This document shows, piece after piece, positions 36,157 to 47,434 of a DNA stretch of 64,000 nucleotides; the stretch's first letter is position 1; each line of letters opens with the position of its first letter. The DNA is from Blastocladiella emersonii ATCC 22665 (Eukaryota; Fungi; Blastocladiomycota), in assembly GCA_025594325.1 (NCBI GenBank), contig JANHCV010000002.1, positions 1,302,001 through 1,366,000 on the forward strand. Reading direction: 5' to 3'. The notes under the pieces were generated by a model. That model saw only the letters and a list, made by a program, of their open reading frames with translations, had not been told where the DNA came from and did not search any database. Both the position numbers and the translations under genes were made by a program.

Positions 36157-37723
36157 ATGGAGCGCAACCAGCGCAACTACCCGCAACGCACCCACCAGCA
36201 ATCGCGCGGCCGCGGCCGCGGCCGTGGTCGTGGCCGAGGTGGCAGCGGCGGGAGCTCTCGCAGCGGCATCCGCGACGAGCGCGCCGACATGACCCTCGTC
36301 GAGCCCGTATACCGCCGCCCCGCCTCCGCTTCCGCCCCTGCCGCCGCCGCGCCAGAACCCGGCCAGCCGCCCGCGCTGCCCGGCTTCTACTGGGACCCCG
36401 TCCGCAAGCGCTACTTTCGCGAGTCGAGGGACCACCCGCGGCCCGTCACTCCTGTTTCTACCGTGCCCGCTATGGCATCCGTGTCACCGAAACCGGCGAT
36501 CGAGAAGAAGCGTGAGCCGCAACGCCGGTACCGGTCGCTGCACCGGCTCGTCGCCGCGCGCGAGCTCGGGCTCGGGTGCATGTTCGCCGACCCCGCGGCG
36601 GCGATCTACCCGCGCGTCCTGACGTGTGCGCCCGCGGCGGCGAGGAAGCCGGTCGTGGTCGGTGTCGCGGGGCAGTGGTGGGACCATGGCACGTCGCCGG
36701 GGCTGCTCTACTGCGCGGCGGCGAGGAGGTTGGTCGGGACGCATCCGCGAGGGATCTGGTACGCCAGATTGCGGAAGGAGGGGATGATGGCGGAGTTGTT
36801 GACTTGGTGAGCGTAGCGAGTACATCTACAAGGACCAGCGGATCCCGTTTGTCCGACCGTGGATCGAGTTTGACGACGCTGCAGGGACCACGTCGCTCGC
36901 TGCGTATGGCGACCTCATCGTGTACGCTGTTGTCTCGCCGCCTCGCTACCTGAGCCGTCCACTCACCTTTCACCCCAACTTTAGCGCGGGCACCACCTCG
37001 ACCGCGTCCGGCCGGAGCTCGCTGTACCTCGCCGACCCACTACACAACGACCTCGACCGCATCACGACCTTCTCCGGCCACGCCGTCCTGTGCGTTACCT
37101 CGACCCCCGCAACGCTCCACGGCGTTGGCCTGACGCGCAGCACGTACGCCGCCGTGGACCCGTCGCGCGGCAAAGTCGTGTACCGCGCGACGCTCAAATC
37201 CGACCCGCTCGCCACCACCGCCCTCGACGCCCACGTCTTTGCCGCCGGCACGCGCGACGGCCGCGTACATCTCATCGACACGCGCGCGCGGCGCGTGGCC
37301 GCGGCGTACGCGTCGCCGCACTCGCGGAGGCGGAACAGCGATGAACTGGCGGGCGAAGAGGTCGTCTGGCCCGTATCCGCGCTCGTCCCGGACGGGGAAG
37401 CGGGCAGCGGCGTTGTGGTGCTGCACCGCGGCGCGGGGCGTGTCGGTGTGTTGGTGCCCGGGTACGGCCAGGTGCGCGTTGAGGCGCCCGAGGCCGATCA
37501 GGACCCGGCGGCGGCGATGGCGGTCCTGGGTGCCGCGCACGACCCCGAGTTTGGCGGCGTCGTGTGCGCACAGCCGCCGGGGAAGCCGTGGCTCCGTGTC
37601 TCGGCGAGCAGGCAGGCCGTGGTGCAGGAGTGGGCGGGGGTCGGCAGCGACAAGAGCTGCAGCGGGGTCGCCGTAGTTGGCGACGGCGGCGGGTGGGGCG
37701 TGCTGGGCGTGCACGCCGAGTAG
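36157..37723 (+). CDS. DCAF4/WDR21-like divergent WD40 protein; introns 36759-36816 and 36922-36984
   Basis: LPGFYWDPVRKRYF N-terminal motif typical of DCAF4-like proteins; AAGTRDGRVHLIDTR WDxR-like repeat; two GTACGC introns join three frames. Confidence 0.62.
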
Positions 37724-37796
37724 GAGGGAGGATTGAGGGATTGAAAAATACATTTTTGCCGTGGAATGGAGGCACACAAAAACTCGACGGTCTCGA

Positions 37797-38729
37797 TTAC
37801 ATGCGGAGGTTGAGCAGCATGCCGGGTCCGCTGCTCGCGGCGGCCCCACCAGCGCCCGCGGCGCCCGCACCGCCCGAGGGCAGGTAAGTGACGTTGGGCG
37901 AGTTGGCGAGGGTCGAGGCAATGTCGCGCGAGGCCTCGATGCGGCGGAACTCGACGAGGCCCGGGCCGGCCTTGCCGAGGGCCGACGAGATGACCTCGGC
38001 GGCCTGGGCGTTGCCCTCGGCGCGGATGATGGCGGCCTGCTTCTCCTGCTCGGCCTTCTCGACAATGAACTTGGCGCGCTCGGCCTCCTGCTGGGCAATC
38101 TGCTTCTGCTCGACGGCGGACGTGAACTCCTTGCCGAACGACAGGTGCGTGATGGAGACATCCTCGAGCTGGATCTTGAACTCGTTGGCGCGCAGGTGCA
38201 GCTCCTCGCGGATGCGCTCGGACACGAGCTCGCGCTGCGTGATGAGCTCGCTGGCGTCGAACTGCGCGACGATCGCCTTGAGCACCTCGTTACCGATGGA
38301 CGGCAGCACGCGCTCGTCGTAGTCCATGCCGAGCTTCTGGTAGATCTCGGGCAGCCGCTGCACGTCGGGCTTGTGCAGCACGCGCAGTGTCAGCGACACC
38401 ATCTGCATGTCGCGCGACCCGGTCGTCGTCGAGATGTTGCGCGGGCGCGTGCGCACGTCGTAGATGATGGGACGCTGCAGCCACGGCACCACAAAGTGCG
38501 TGCCCTCGCCCACCACGTCGGGGCGCACACCCTTGAGGCGGTCGAAGATGATGGCGCGCTGGCCACCCTGGACTAGACACGATGAAGAGGATTCGGCGTT
38601 GATCCTGTGTTCATAAAGCACAGTAAGAGTAGCGGGACCCACCATCGTACATGGCGGCCTGGGCCACCGAGGCCATGGCGCCGAGGCCAATGGCGATCTG
38701 CGTGAAGCGGTCGACGAAGCGCGATGCCA
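37797..38729 (-). CDS. PHB1: Prohibitin 1; intron 38573-38642
   Basis: [70 protein letters not shown]. Confidence 0.95.
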   Translation of the reverse strand, partial: WHRASSTASRRSPLASAPWPRWPRPPCTMVGPATLTVLYEHRINAESSSSCLVQGGQRAIIFDRLKGVRPDVVGEGTHFVVPWLQRPIIYDVRTRPRNISTTTGSRDMQMVSLTLRVLHKPDVQRLPEIYQKLGMDYDERVLPSIGNEVLKAIVAQFDASELITQRELVSERIREELHLRANEFKIQLEDVSITHLSFGKEFTSAVEQKQIAQQEAERAKFIVEKAEQEKQAAIIRAEGNAQAAEVISSALGKAGPGLVEFRRIEASRDIASTLANSPNVTYLPSGGAGAAGAGGAAASSGPGMLLNLRM

Positions 38730-38972
38730 TGGTGGTGTTGGATACGTTGCAGCGAGTGCCGATTCGTTGATGCGTTCCCGGCGGCGAGGGATCGGCGGAG
38801 AAGCGAGGCAACGCAACGCGCGGCGCGGCGCGAGCAGCCGAAGGGCCCTTCAACACGGCCGCGTGGCACCAGCTGACCGCCGCCGATCGCCGACGCGTCG
38901 CCGCTTCGAGTCAGCCGCGCCAACGCGTTCGCTCACTCTCTCCGAGTCCCCAACAACTCACCCAGTAAAGCA

Positions 38973-39849
38973 ATGGCACCGACCTGGATCCCGCTCGAGT
39001 CCAACCCCGACGTCCTCAACGAGCTGCTCGTCAAGCTCGGCGCATCGTCCAGCTTCACGTTCCAGGACGTGTTCGGCCTCGACGTGAGTGGACCTCCCCT
39101 GCTCGGCTACTTCCTGAGACGCTGACCATCTTGTCGCGACAGGATGAGCTCCTCGCTATGGTCCCGCCTGCCATCGCCGTGATCCTGCTCTTCCCAATTA
39201 CCGAGAAGGTACGCGCCCACGCCTCCCGCCCATCCCGCCACTCGCTGCTCACACACGCCGACAGTACGAGAGCTTCCGCCGCACCGAGCAGGCCGAGCTC
39301 GCGCGCACGGGCCAGCCGGGGCTCCCCGCGTCCACCTACTTCATGCGCCAGACGGTCGGCAACGCGTGCGGCACCGTGGCCGTGCTGCACACGCTGCTCA
39401 ACAACGCCGACCGCGTTGTTGCGCCCGGTACCCCGCTCGCCGATATTCTCGCGGCAACGCGCTCGCTCAACCCCGACGAGCGCGCCAAGTACCTCGAGGA
39501 CGGCGAGACGGTCGCGTCCATCCACTCGCAGGTCGCCCAGCAGGGCCAGACCGCCGCGCCCGACGCCAACGAGGACGTGGACCTCCACTTTGTCGCGTTT
39601 GTCAACGTCGACGGCCACATTGTCGAGCTCGACGGCCGCAAGCCGTTTGCGATCGACCACGGCGCCGTGGATGCTGAGAACCCGGCGCTGCTTCCCGTAC
39701 GTTGCCCATGGCGTTTCTGCGGACTCATGACTTACTGACACTCGCTTGCTTGCGCGTAGAACGTGGCTCGCGTCGTGCGCAAGTTCATGGAGCGCGACCC
39801 GGGCAACATGCAGTTCACCCTCATGGCGCTCGCTGCCGCCGACTTTTGA
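38973..39849 (+). CDS. YUH1: Ubiquitin C-terminal hydrolase (UCH-L3/Yuh1 family); introns 39084-39142, 39209-39264, 39697-39759
   Basis: WIPLESNPDV, QTVGNACGT (catalytic Cys), DLHFVAF (His), ELDGRK (Asp). Confidence 0.93.
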
Positions 39850-39885
39850 GTCTCATGTACCGCAACACGATCTCGATTATGGTGA

Positions 39886-40740
39886 CTACTCTGGACTGCT
39901 CCCGCGCCGCGACCCCGACGTCGACGCGAAACTCGGCGGCGCTGAGCTCGCCTTGTCGAGCCGCAAAATGTGCGTCGCGACGCGCGCCGCCTGCTCCTCG
40001 CTGTGCGTCACCCACAGACAGCTGCCGTGCGCCCGAAGCGTCTCCTCGACCAGCAGCGTCGAGTCTGGGTCGAGCGCCGACGTCGGCTCTACAACGTAGT
40101 GGCGGGTGAGTCGCGCTGGGAGCGAAGAGTACAAAGAGGGCGTACCATCGAGCAGCAGCAGGTCCGGGTTGAGCGCGACGCCAATCGCCAGCATGATCCG
40201 CTGTGCCTCGCCACCCGACAGCTCCGTGAAGGGCTTCTGCCACAGCGCCGCGGGCACGTTCCACTGCTCGGCGAGGTCGACTGGGTCCTGGTGCCGCTCG
40301 CGCCGCGCGGCCTGTGCGCCGTACCGCGTCACTTCGGCAAAGAACTCGGCCGGCGTCGAGCGCATCAGCGGCGGGCGCTGCGGCACGTACATGGCGCGCG
40401 TTCGCCACTGCGTCGTGCCGAGGTCGGCGGGAGATCTGCGTCGTGGTTGTCGTCAGAGTGGGATCGGATAAGAGTGAAGGTGAATGGCGTACTTTCCGTC
40501 CAGCGTCACGACGCCCGAGTCGAACGTGTCGAGCCCAGCGATGCAGCGTAGTAGCGTTGATTTGCTAACGGTCCCTCATGTCAGTCACGGCGCGCATGAG
40601 CAGCCGGGTCCCGCAGAGCCGTACCCTGTCCCGCTCGGCCCCATCACGGCGACCACGGCCGGCGTCAGCGAGGCGTCGAGCTCAAACGACACGTTCGCAA
40701 AGAGCGGCGCCTTGGTCGCGTTGTCTAGCTTCAGATACAT
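39886..40740 (-). CDS. Stand-alone ABC ATPase (single NBD, no TMD; YbbL/FetA-, STAR1/ABCI-like); introns 40565-40624, 40436-40491, 40089-40145
   Basis: Spliced product has Walker A GPSGTGKSTLLRCIAGLD, Q-loop YVPQ, signature LSGGEAQR, Walker B/D-loop LLLDEPTSALD, H-loop VTH. Confidence 0.85.
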
Positions 40741-40876
40741 TTCAGCAAGTCGTGCGCTCGTGCGCGAGTTCCATGGGTTGTCCGAGTGGGGAGCCCGAGC
40801 AAGGGTGAGCGACCGCGGCAGTCAAGACGGCGCAACACGCTCACAGCCGGTCCTCGCTCTCTCTCATCTCGCGATC

Positions 40877-42274
40877 ATGGAAACGAATGAACTGCCACCG
40901 AGGGCGGCACCACACTTGCCGCTCGAGCTCATCGACGCTACCCTGGCGCAGTGCATCCGCGAAGAGCGTGACGACGACACCGAGGACGACCACGCTTCTT
41001 ACTTGCGACCCTACCTTGGTGTCGCGCCCGGTCTCGTCCTCGCACATCGTGCTGCTTTCTCGGCCTTTCCGCACGCGGATCTCGAGGCCGCAACGCGGTC
41101 GGGTCGGCTTGACGTCCTGAACATGTGGGCGAGCCTCGACGCCGTCTTGCGGGCCAGCATTCTCAGCTGGACCAGGACATCGCGCATCTTCGAGTGTGCG
41201 AGCCGAAGCGGGAACCCCGACGTGCTGAACTTTTGGGTGGACGCGCACCGCCGGCTCGGGATCCCGATCCAGTACACGCGTCACGCACTCGACTTTGCAG
41301 CAGACTCGCTCCTGTCGGAATCTCGTCCGGGCTCGCTCGTGCAAACTGCCGAGGACGCAACTCTTGCGGTCCTGGACTGGTGGGTCGCCCGCCACGTCGA
41401 GGACCCGGCCAGCTTCCCGGACCTACCGCACACCAACGCTCCGGCAGACCGCGCCTCGCGACACGGCCACGCTCGCGTGCTTGACTGGTGGCTCTCGTTC
41501 ACTCAATCCCGCGGACTCGAGTTCCAGTACTCTTCAGCTGCGGTCGACTTGGCTGCAAAAAACGGTCACCTCCACGTCCTCGAGTGGTGGCGCAAGCACG
41601 TCAGCACGGGAACGCTCAAGCTTGCGTCTCACTCGTCCATTAAAAACTTGACAAAAGCGGGCCGCACCGACTTGCTCGACTGGTGGGTGCACACGACCCA
41701 GTGGCCGATCCCCAAGTTGGCTGCGGGTGTTGCCATCGGTGAAGCGGGTCAAGTCGAGGTCTTGGGTTGGTGGTGGAACCACGCGCCTGCAGTTGTAGCG
41801 CACCAATACGAACCTTTGCTGACCCCGGCGCAAGCGTTCCCGCTGCTTCCGTACCGGGCACGAAGCGTGGACCAAGCGTCGATCCGCGGCGACTTTCCCG
41901 TACTTGATTGGTGGCTCGCTCGCGCCGCAGAGTATGCCATGCCGCCCGCCGACTTAATCCGCTACTCGTCGCTCGCCGTTGACCGCGCGCCGTCCGTCGC
42001 CGTGCTCAAGTTGTGGAAGGCGAGTGGGCTTCCGCTACTTCGCACGCACGATTGCCTCCTGTACGCAAGTAAAGGTGGCCGGATCGACTTGCTCGAGTGG
42101 CATCTCAATGGGCCAGGAGCCCACCTGCCCACGCAAGACCGCCGCACTGAACAGCCGATCCAGACGCCAATTAGGCCAGCGGCGGGCGTGATTGACACGG
42201 CGGGGAACCCAGAAACCGCGGCGTGGTGGACCGCGTACTGCCAGAAACGCTTCCAGGACTCGTTGTTGCGATAA
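40877..42274 (+). CDS. F-box-like N-terminus (LPLELID) + degenerate ankyrin-like 'VL[DE]WW' repeat protein, intronless
   Basis: ATG 40877; repeats such as ASRHGHARVLDWW, AAKNGHLHVLEWW, ASKGGRIDLLEW; codon usage visibly less GC3-biased than flanking housekeeping genes. Confidence 0.72.
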   Translation: METNELPPRAAPHLPLELIDATLAQCIREERDDDTEDDHASYLRPYLGVAPGLVLAHRAAFSAFPHADLEAATRSGRLDVLNMWASLDAVLRASILSWTRTSRIFECASRSGNPDVLNFWVDAHRRLGIPIQYTRHALDFAADSLLSESRPGSLVQTAEDATLAVLDWWVARHVEDPASFPDLPHTNAPADRASRHGHARVLDWWLSFTQSRGLEFQYSSAAVDLAAKNGHLHVLEWWRKHVSTGTLKLASHSSIKNLTKAGRTDLLDWWVHTTQWPIPKLAAGVAIGEAGQVEVLGWWWNHAPAVVAHQYEPLLTPAQAFPLLPYRARSVDQASIRGDFPVLDWWLARAAEYAMPPADLIRYSSLAVDRAPSVAVLKLWKASGLPLLRTHDCLLYASKGGRIDLLEWHLNGPGAHLPTQDRRTEQPIQTPIRPAAGVIDTAGNPETAAWWTAYCQKRFQDSLLR

Positions 42275-42791
42275 CAGATTTGCCGCGACCGCCCCACCGC
42301 TCGTCCCTATCAGCTCGCACGGGCACTTTAAGACGGCGGTGAACGCGCTGGAGCAGCTGTACCGGCAGTCGGTGACGGCGCCGCGCCGCGTGCAGCTTGC
42401 GCGCGAAGAACGCGATTGACACGCCATCGTGCTCCGCGATCTACCGCAGTCGTCGCTCTCTCGCCATAATATACGTTTAGAGTCGAATGATCAGCGGCGC
42501 CCGGAGGTAACACGTCTGGAAGAACTTCTCCTCAACCCTGCGCTGAAATGCAATCATGATCGGCGCGACGCGTCTCGCGTTCGACGCGTGACTGATCAGT
42601 GATCACGCGCTTTTTGCGACGCGTCTCCCGAGGTCGCGTTCTTGCTTGCGCTTTGGACCATCTCCCGGCACGTTGAAGAAAAAAGAAACGGAAGCGTAAT
42701 CGAAACAAAAAAGGTTAGGTTCCTCAATCTACATCGAGGCGAGACGGGGATCACGTTGTGGGCAGGATGACGAGAAGGGGCCGGCAGCAGG

Positions 42792-43628
42792 GTGTCGATT
42801 CACGGGAGCCTTGCAATTCAAACGCAGTTCAACTGCCGCCGCCGGTCCTCGCTGATGCTCGCGTCCGCCATCAACCTGTGCCGCGCGAGGCGTGGCCCGT
42901 GCCTGCTCGCGCGCGTCGTCCTGTTCGCCCTTTTCCGCACGGTCATGGGCCTGATCGCGCATTCGTCGTGCCTCAAGTCGACTTTCATCATTGTCGCGGG
43001 CCCGTGTGCGTCGACGCAACAACGTCGGAAAGCTGCTCCTGTGCGTGCTCCACGGCGGCGTCCTGTCATCTTCGCGCGCCCGCTCATCGGCCACCTGCGC
43101 CGCGCGAGCCGGTCCGGGTTCGCGACGTCGGCGACCACGCTGCGCCGGCTCCTCCGCAACCAGACGATGCGGCTCTCCGTCGCCATCTTCGTGTACCTCG
43201 TCACGTCGATCCTCGGCCTCGCCAACGCCGTCGACCCGAGCACGCTCTATGTCTTGTTCTCGGCGCAGAACGCGGCGGGCGTGTGGGCCGCGTGCGCCGC
43301 GGCCGCCGCCACATCGCGCAACGCGTCGTAGAGCGGGCTCACGGGCGGATCGACGTCGTCGAGTACCGGGCGGAACGTGCCATTTGGCGGCCTTGGCGCG
43401 CCGTCGACAGGCAACCTCACTGGGAACAGCAGCAGCGGTACCATCCGCGGGCCAAGCACACAAGTCGGTGCATATCCGCCGTCTAGAACGCGCGCGTCGA
43501 GCTCGATGCTCCTCGCGTCGCCGCTCAAGGGATCCGGCGCCGTGGGATCGAGCTCGGGCCGGCTCGCCGCGCCCGCGGGGCTTTCCGTGTCGACAATGGA
43601 GCTGCGCGACGAGTGCCGTGTATGCTAG
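42792..43628 (+). pseudogene. Remnant of a multi-pass (7TM/GPCR-like) membrane gene
   Basis: Hydrophobic segments alternate between two frames around 43000-43070; TM-like MRLSVAIFVYLVTSILGL and LYVLFSAQNAAGVWAACAAAA; in-frame TAG at 43329-43331 is followed by a Ser/Gly-rich tail in the same frame. Confidence 0.35.
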
Positions 43629-43858
43629 CGGGTGATCAATATACATTAGTCGCGATCTAGGCCATGGCGGGCGGTGATCAAGGTCATGGTCAAGACGGCC
43701 ATGGCCACAACACGATCACAGCAGCTGGTTCATGAATGAGCGCTATTGCGTAACGAACACATGAGGAACACGAAAGAAGTATGTAGCACGAAAGAACGTA
43801 TATTTTCACACAAATTGCAGCGAATGAGGGTATAGGCATCACCGCCGCGCGCTCGCAC

Positions 43859-45028
43859 TTACGAGCGCTTGTTGCCGCGCGTCGGCGACTGAGGACGGCG
43901 CTGGTCCTGCTGCTGCTTCTGCTGCTGGGTCGGGGCCTGCTTCTGCTGAGCGGGAGCCTGCTTGATCTGGGCCGCGGCCGGCACCTGCTTGGCCTCAGGC
44001 GACTGCGCGCGCTGCTGCTGCTGGGCGGGCGCTTGCTTGGCGGCGGGGGCAGCCTGCTTCGACTGCGCCGAGAGCGGGCGCGCCGCGGCGGCCTGCTGCT
44101 GCTGCTGCTTGAGCTGGGGCTGCGCCGACTGGGCGCGAGCCTGATGCTGCTGTGGCGCGGCCTGCTTGATCTGCGGCGACTGGGCGCGAGCCTGAGCGGG
44201 GGCGGCCTTCTGCTGCTGCGGGGCGGCGGCCTTGAGCTGCTGCTGCGGGACGGCGGCCTTGATCTGCTGCTGCTGAGGATCCGCGGCGGCCTGCTTGGTC
44301 TGAGCCGACTGGGCGCGAGCTGCGGCCGACTGCTGCTGCTTCTGCTGGGCCGGGGCCTGCTTGGCCTGCTGGGAGGGAGCAGCCTGCTTGATCTGGGCCG
44401 GAGCCTGCTTCTGCTGGGCGGGAGCGGCCTGCTTGACCTGCGCCGACTGAGCGCGCTGCTGCTGCTGCTGAGAGGGCGCCGCGGCCTGCTGCGCGCGGGC
44501 CTGCTGCTTGGGGAGCTGCGACGCCATCCACTGCGGGACGCGGGCCTCGTCGAACATCCACGCGCCCGAGAGGAACGCGTCGTCGGGGTGCTCGCGGACG
44601 GGCGAGGCGCGGTACACCTGCGCAGCCTGCTGCTGCTGCTTGGGCTGCGCCGACTGGGTGCGGGCGGTGGACTGCTGAGGAGCGGCCTGGGCCTGCTTGA
44701 GCTGAGGCGACTGGGCGCGGGCCTGAGCGAGCGCGGTCTTCTGCTGCTGCGGGGCGGCGGCCTTCGCCTGCTGCTGGGGACCGGCGGCGGCCTGCTTCGG
44801 CTGCGCCGACTGCGCGCGAGCCTGCTGCTGCGGAGCCTGCTGCTTAGCCTGAGGCGACTGCGCGCGAGCCGGAACGGCCTGCTGCTGTTGCTTGGACGAC
44901 TGCTGCTGCTGCTGCTGCGACTTGGCGGCGGCGGCGGCGGGCGCCTGCATGGTCTTGGCGTTCGCGGCCTGGGCCTGCTGCTGGTGAACAGCCTGGCGCT
45001 GGGCGGAGTTGATCTGAGTGCGACCCAT
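43859..45028 (-). CDS. Gln/Ala/Lys-rich repeat protein with about ten ARAQS[AP]Q.KQ units
   Basis: 389-aa intronless ORF, host-like codon usage, TATAAAG at 45115-45121 on the minus strand; short unique core HPDDAFLSGAWMFDEARVPQW. Confidence 0.7.
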   Translation of the reverse strand: MGRTQINSAQRQAVHQQQAQAANAKTMQAPAAAAAKSQQQQQQSSKQQQQAVPARAQSPQAKQQAPQQQARAQSAQPKQAAAGPQQQAKAAAPQQQKTALAQARAQSPQLKQAQAAPQQSTARTQSAQPKQQQQAAQVYRASPVREHPDDAFLSGAWMFDEARVPQWMASQLPKQQARAQQAAAPSQQQQQRAQSAQVKQAAPAQQKQAPAQIKQAAPSQQAKQAPAQQKQQQSAAARAQSAQTKQAAADPQQQQIKAAVPQQQLKAAAPQQQKAAPAQARAQSPQIKQAAPQQHQARAQSAQPQLKQQQQQAAAARPLSAQSKQAAPAAKQAPAQQQQRAQSPEAKQVPAAAQIKQAPAQQKQAPTQQQKQQQDQRRPQSPTRGNKRS

Positions 45029-46491
45029 GTTGGAAAGGATGAGGTAGGAGTGACTTGATGCTTCTTGAGATGCAAGAGTGAAGAACGGTACGAGAAGGGC
45101 GAGGCGAGGCCGATCTTTATAGGGTCGGGCCGGCTCGTTCCTACGCTGCGTGCCTGCATGTTCACCACCGAGTCAGCGCATTCGCATTTGCGGAGTGCGA
45201 CTGGCTGTTGACCGGTTCGACTGACCAGGTGGTGCTGCGGAGTGGCGTGCGAGACACGGTGCGAGACATTTCGGCCGCGACCACTCAGCGCGCGCCGCGG
45301 TCACGCCGTGGCTGAGAATACGCGTCGCGCCACTCCAGCCCTTCTGCCGCTCTTTTCGCGGCCCGTTGAACTTTGAGAAGGGTTGAGCGATAACTCACAA
45401 CGGCAAGCAATGCTCGCTTCAAAGAAATGGTAGCGTATCCGGCGACTCGCGTCGCTATCCGTGGTCACTTTGGCGGAAGTTGGCGAGCGTTCCGTTCAGG
45501 GCTCGGCTCGAGCCGAGCGCGTTACGGCGCTGGTTTCAAGGCGCCCGCCTCGTCACGCATGCGAGTAGGAGTGTGACTCAGCAGCGTAGCCACGAAGTCT
45601 TCCTGGACCTGCGTGCCGAGAAGCATGGTGTGCCGTGCTCAAGCGTCCCGATGTGGTGATGGGGCTCGTTTTTGGGGTGAGGCGTCGTGTCCAGTACATG
45701 CACGCGACAGGGAGAAGGTGTGCACGGCCGCCGCCCGGCGGCCGTGGAAGAGTGTCGGTGAACTGATTCTATGCTTACAACCTTAAATGCAATTCGTTCC
45801 CGCGCGTCATGCTTGCCGCGAGCGCGGACCGGACAGGGCGAACGTCGACGGCGCCCCCGTCCTCGCCGCCCATGGTCGGAACTGCGGACACGACGCTTGT
45901 CAACGTCGCCGAGCTGCCAAACGCGGGCGAACCCCTTGCCGCAACTTCGTTACCCATGACCATCTCATGTTGGCACGCAGCACCGGCAGCTGGCCTCGCG
46001 ACCCGCCGCCGCGCGGCGGACACGGCCGGCACCGCGGCCGACAGCTTGGCCGCGATCTGCGCGTTGCGCACGTCGAAGACGGCGATCGCGCAACTCGCGT
46101 CGCCCTTCGAGGCCGCGGATCGCGTGGATGGCGCGGACCGGTGGGTGTGTTTGGGCCGATCCACCACCGCGGCCTTGTTGCAACGCATCGGAACTGATTC
46201 TCCCAACTCTTTCCACGCTTGGTCGGCCGTGGTCGCGTCCTGTTCAGCGACGAAAGGACACGCTACCGATCGGTCTGGCGGACGCGTTGCGCCACGCGTG
46301 GCGAGGTAGCTTTGTTCTCAGTCCTTGCTTCCCGAACACGCGGGAAGCCTTGTCAATGAGAGACTGGAAGAAGGTGAAGCAGCCGAGGGGAAACGACGCG
46401 GGTCGACATCTTTCCGAATTGTGCCCCACCGCGAAGTATCGCAGGCTTAAGATCACCCGCGGGCGTGACGCGAGGGCAGGAGTGCGGCGAT

Positions 46492-46535
46492 GGGAGTGCG
46501 CGAAGGAGGGTGAGGGAGTGCGCGAAGGAGGGTGA
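46492..46535. repeat. 22-bp tandem duplication (GGGAGTGCGCGAAGGAGGGTGA x2)
   Basis: Read directly: two identical adjacent copies. Confidence 0.9.
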
Positions 46536-47434
46536 GGGATTATCACGCGCGAGCTGTCACTCAGGACAGCCATCAGGCGTGCGACGCTATTCCGTGGGTA
46601 TTGCCCTCGGCGGTCTTGGCGGAGGTCGCGATCGCCCGCGGCCGCGAGACGTTATGCCTTGACAACGTACGCGAGACGTCACTGCCGCCCCTGGCGCCCC
46701 CACCAACTGTTTGACTTTGGAGGCGCGTCATCCGGCGGACCTTCGCTCTCGAAGCGCCGAGACTGACGAGTTGACGACTAGAAGGTGCGTGAGCCATGTT
46801 CGCCCACAAACGCAGAAGCCCGCCTCCAGCCGGCTGCGCCCATCCCGCGCCACGGCAATCAAGCTCTGGTGTTCCCTGTTCCTAGTGTTGGACCGGACAC
46901 GTTCGCCTCGCGCCGGCGCCGGTGTCGATGCGCGCCGCGAGCGCCCGAGCCACCGCTGCGGGCGTCACGCCATGCGTTCGAGCATCCTTCTCGCCGCCTT
47001 CTCGCCGCTTCCAGAGTTTTCTCGGCCGCCCCTCATGTTCAATCCCCCGCCTCCGCCACCCACGTCGACCAACATCTAACTCGCTGCCCCCTGCCCCTTC
47101 GCCACGCCCGAATACGTCCTGCGTCGCGCTCGTTCTCGGGCCCGCCCTCGTCTAGAGCTCCGCCCGCGCGGGAAGCACCTGGTCGACCCCTTCGGCCTCA
47201 AGTTTATCGTGACCCGTTCGGGACGCGGTGTCTCCGAGTCGTGTACGGCGCCCCCGTCTTCGACGCGTTCGCGTGCGCGCCCTGTGCGGCCCGACTCGAG
47301 TGTTGTGGTCAGCGCCCGTTCAGCACTCGCGACACGCGCCTCTTCGCCGGCCCTCGCATCCCACGATCCTTGCTTCCATCCTCGCCTCGCACACGGCCGG
47401 CGCATCCTTGCCCGCACCGCTCGCAGTCGCATCC

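Noticed and set aside
40484-40876. N-terminal extension of the 596-aa ORF 40484-42274
   Set aside because: It overlaps the antisense ABC ATPase exons; the paralog-matched start is ATG 40877.
45030-47430. ORFs 45809-46309, 46785-47525 and others as genes
   Set aside because: No motif, no host-like codon pattern and no consistent splice model; treated as intergenic.
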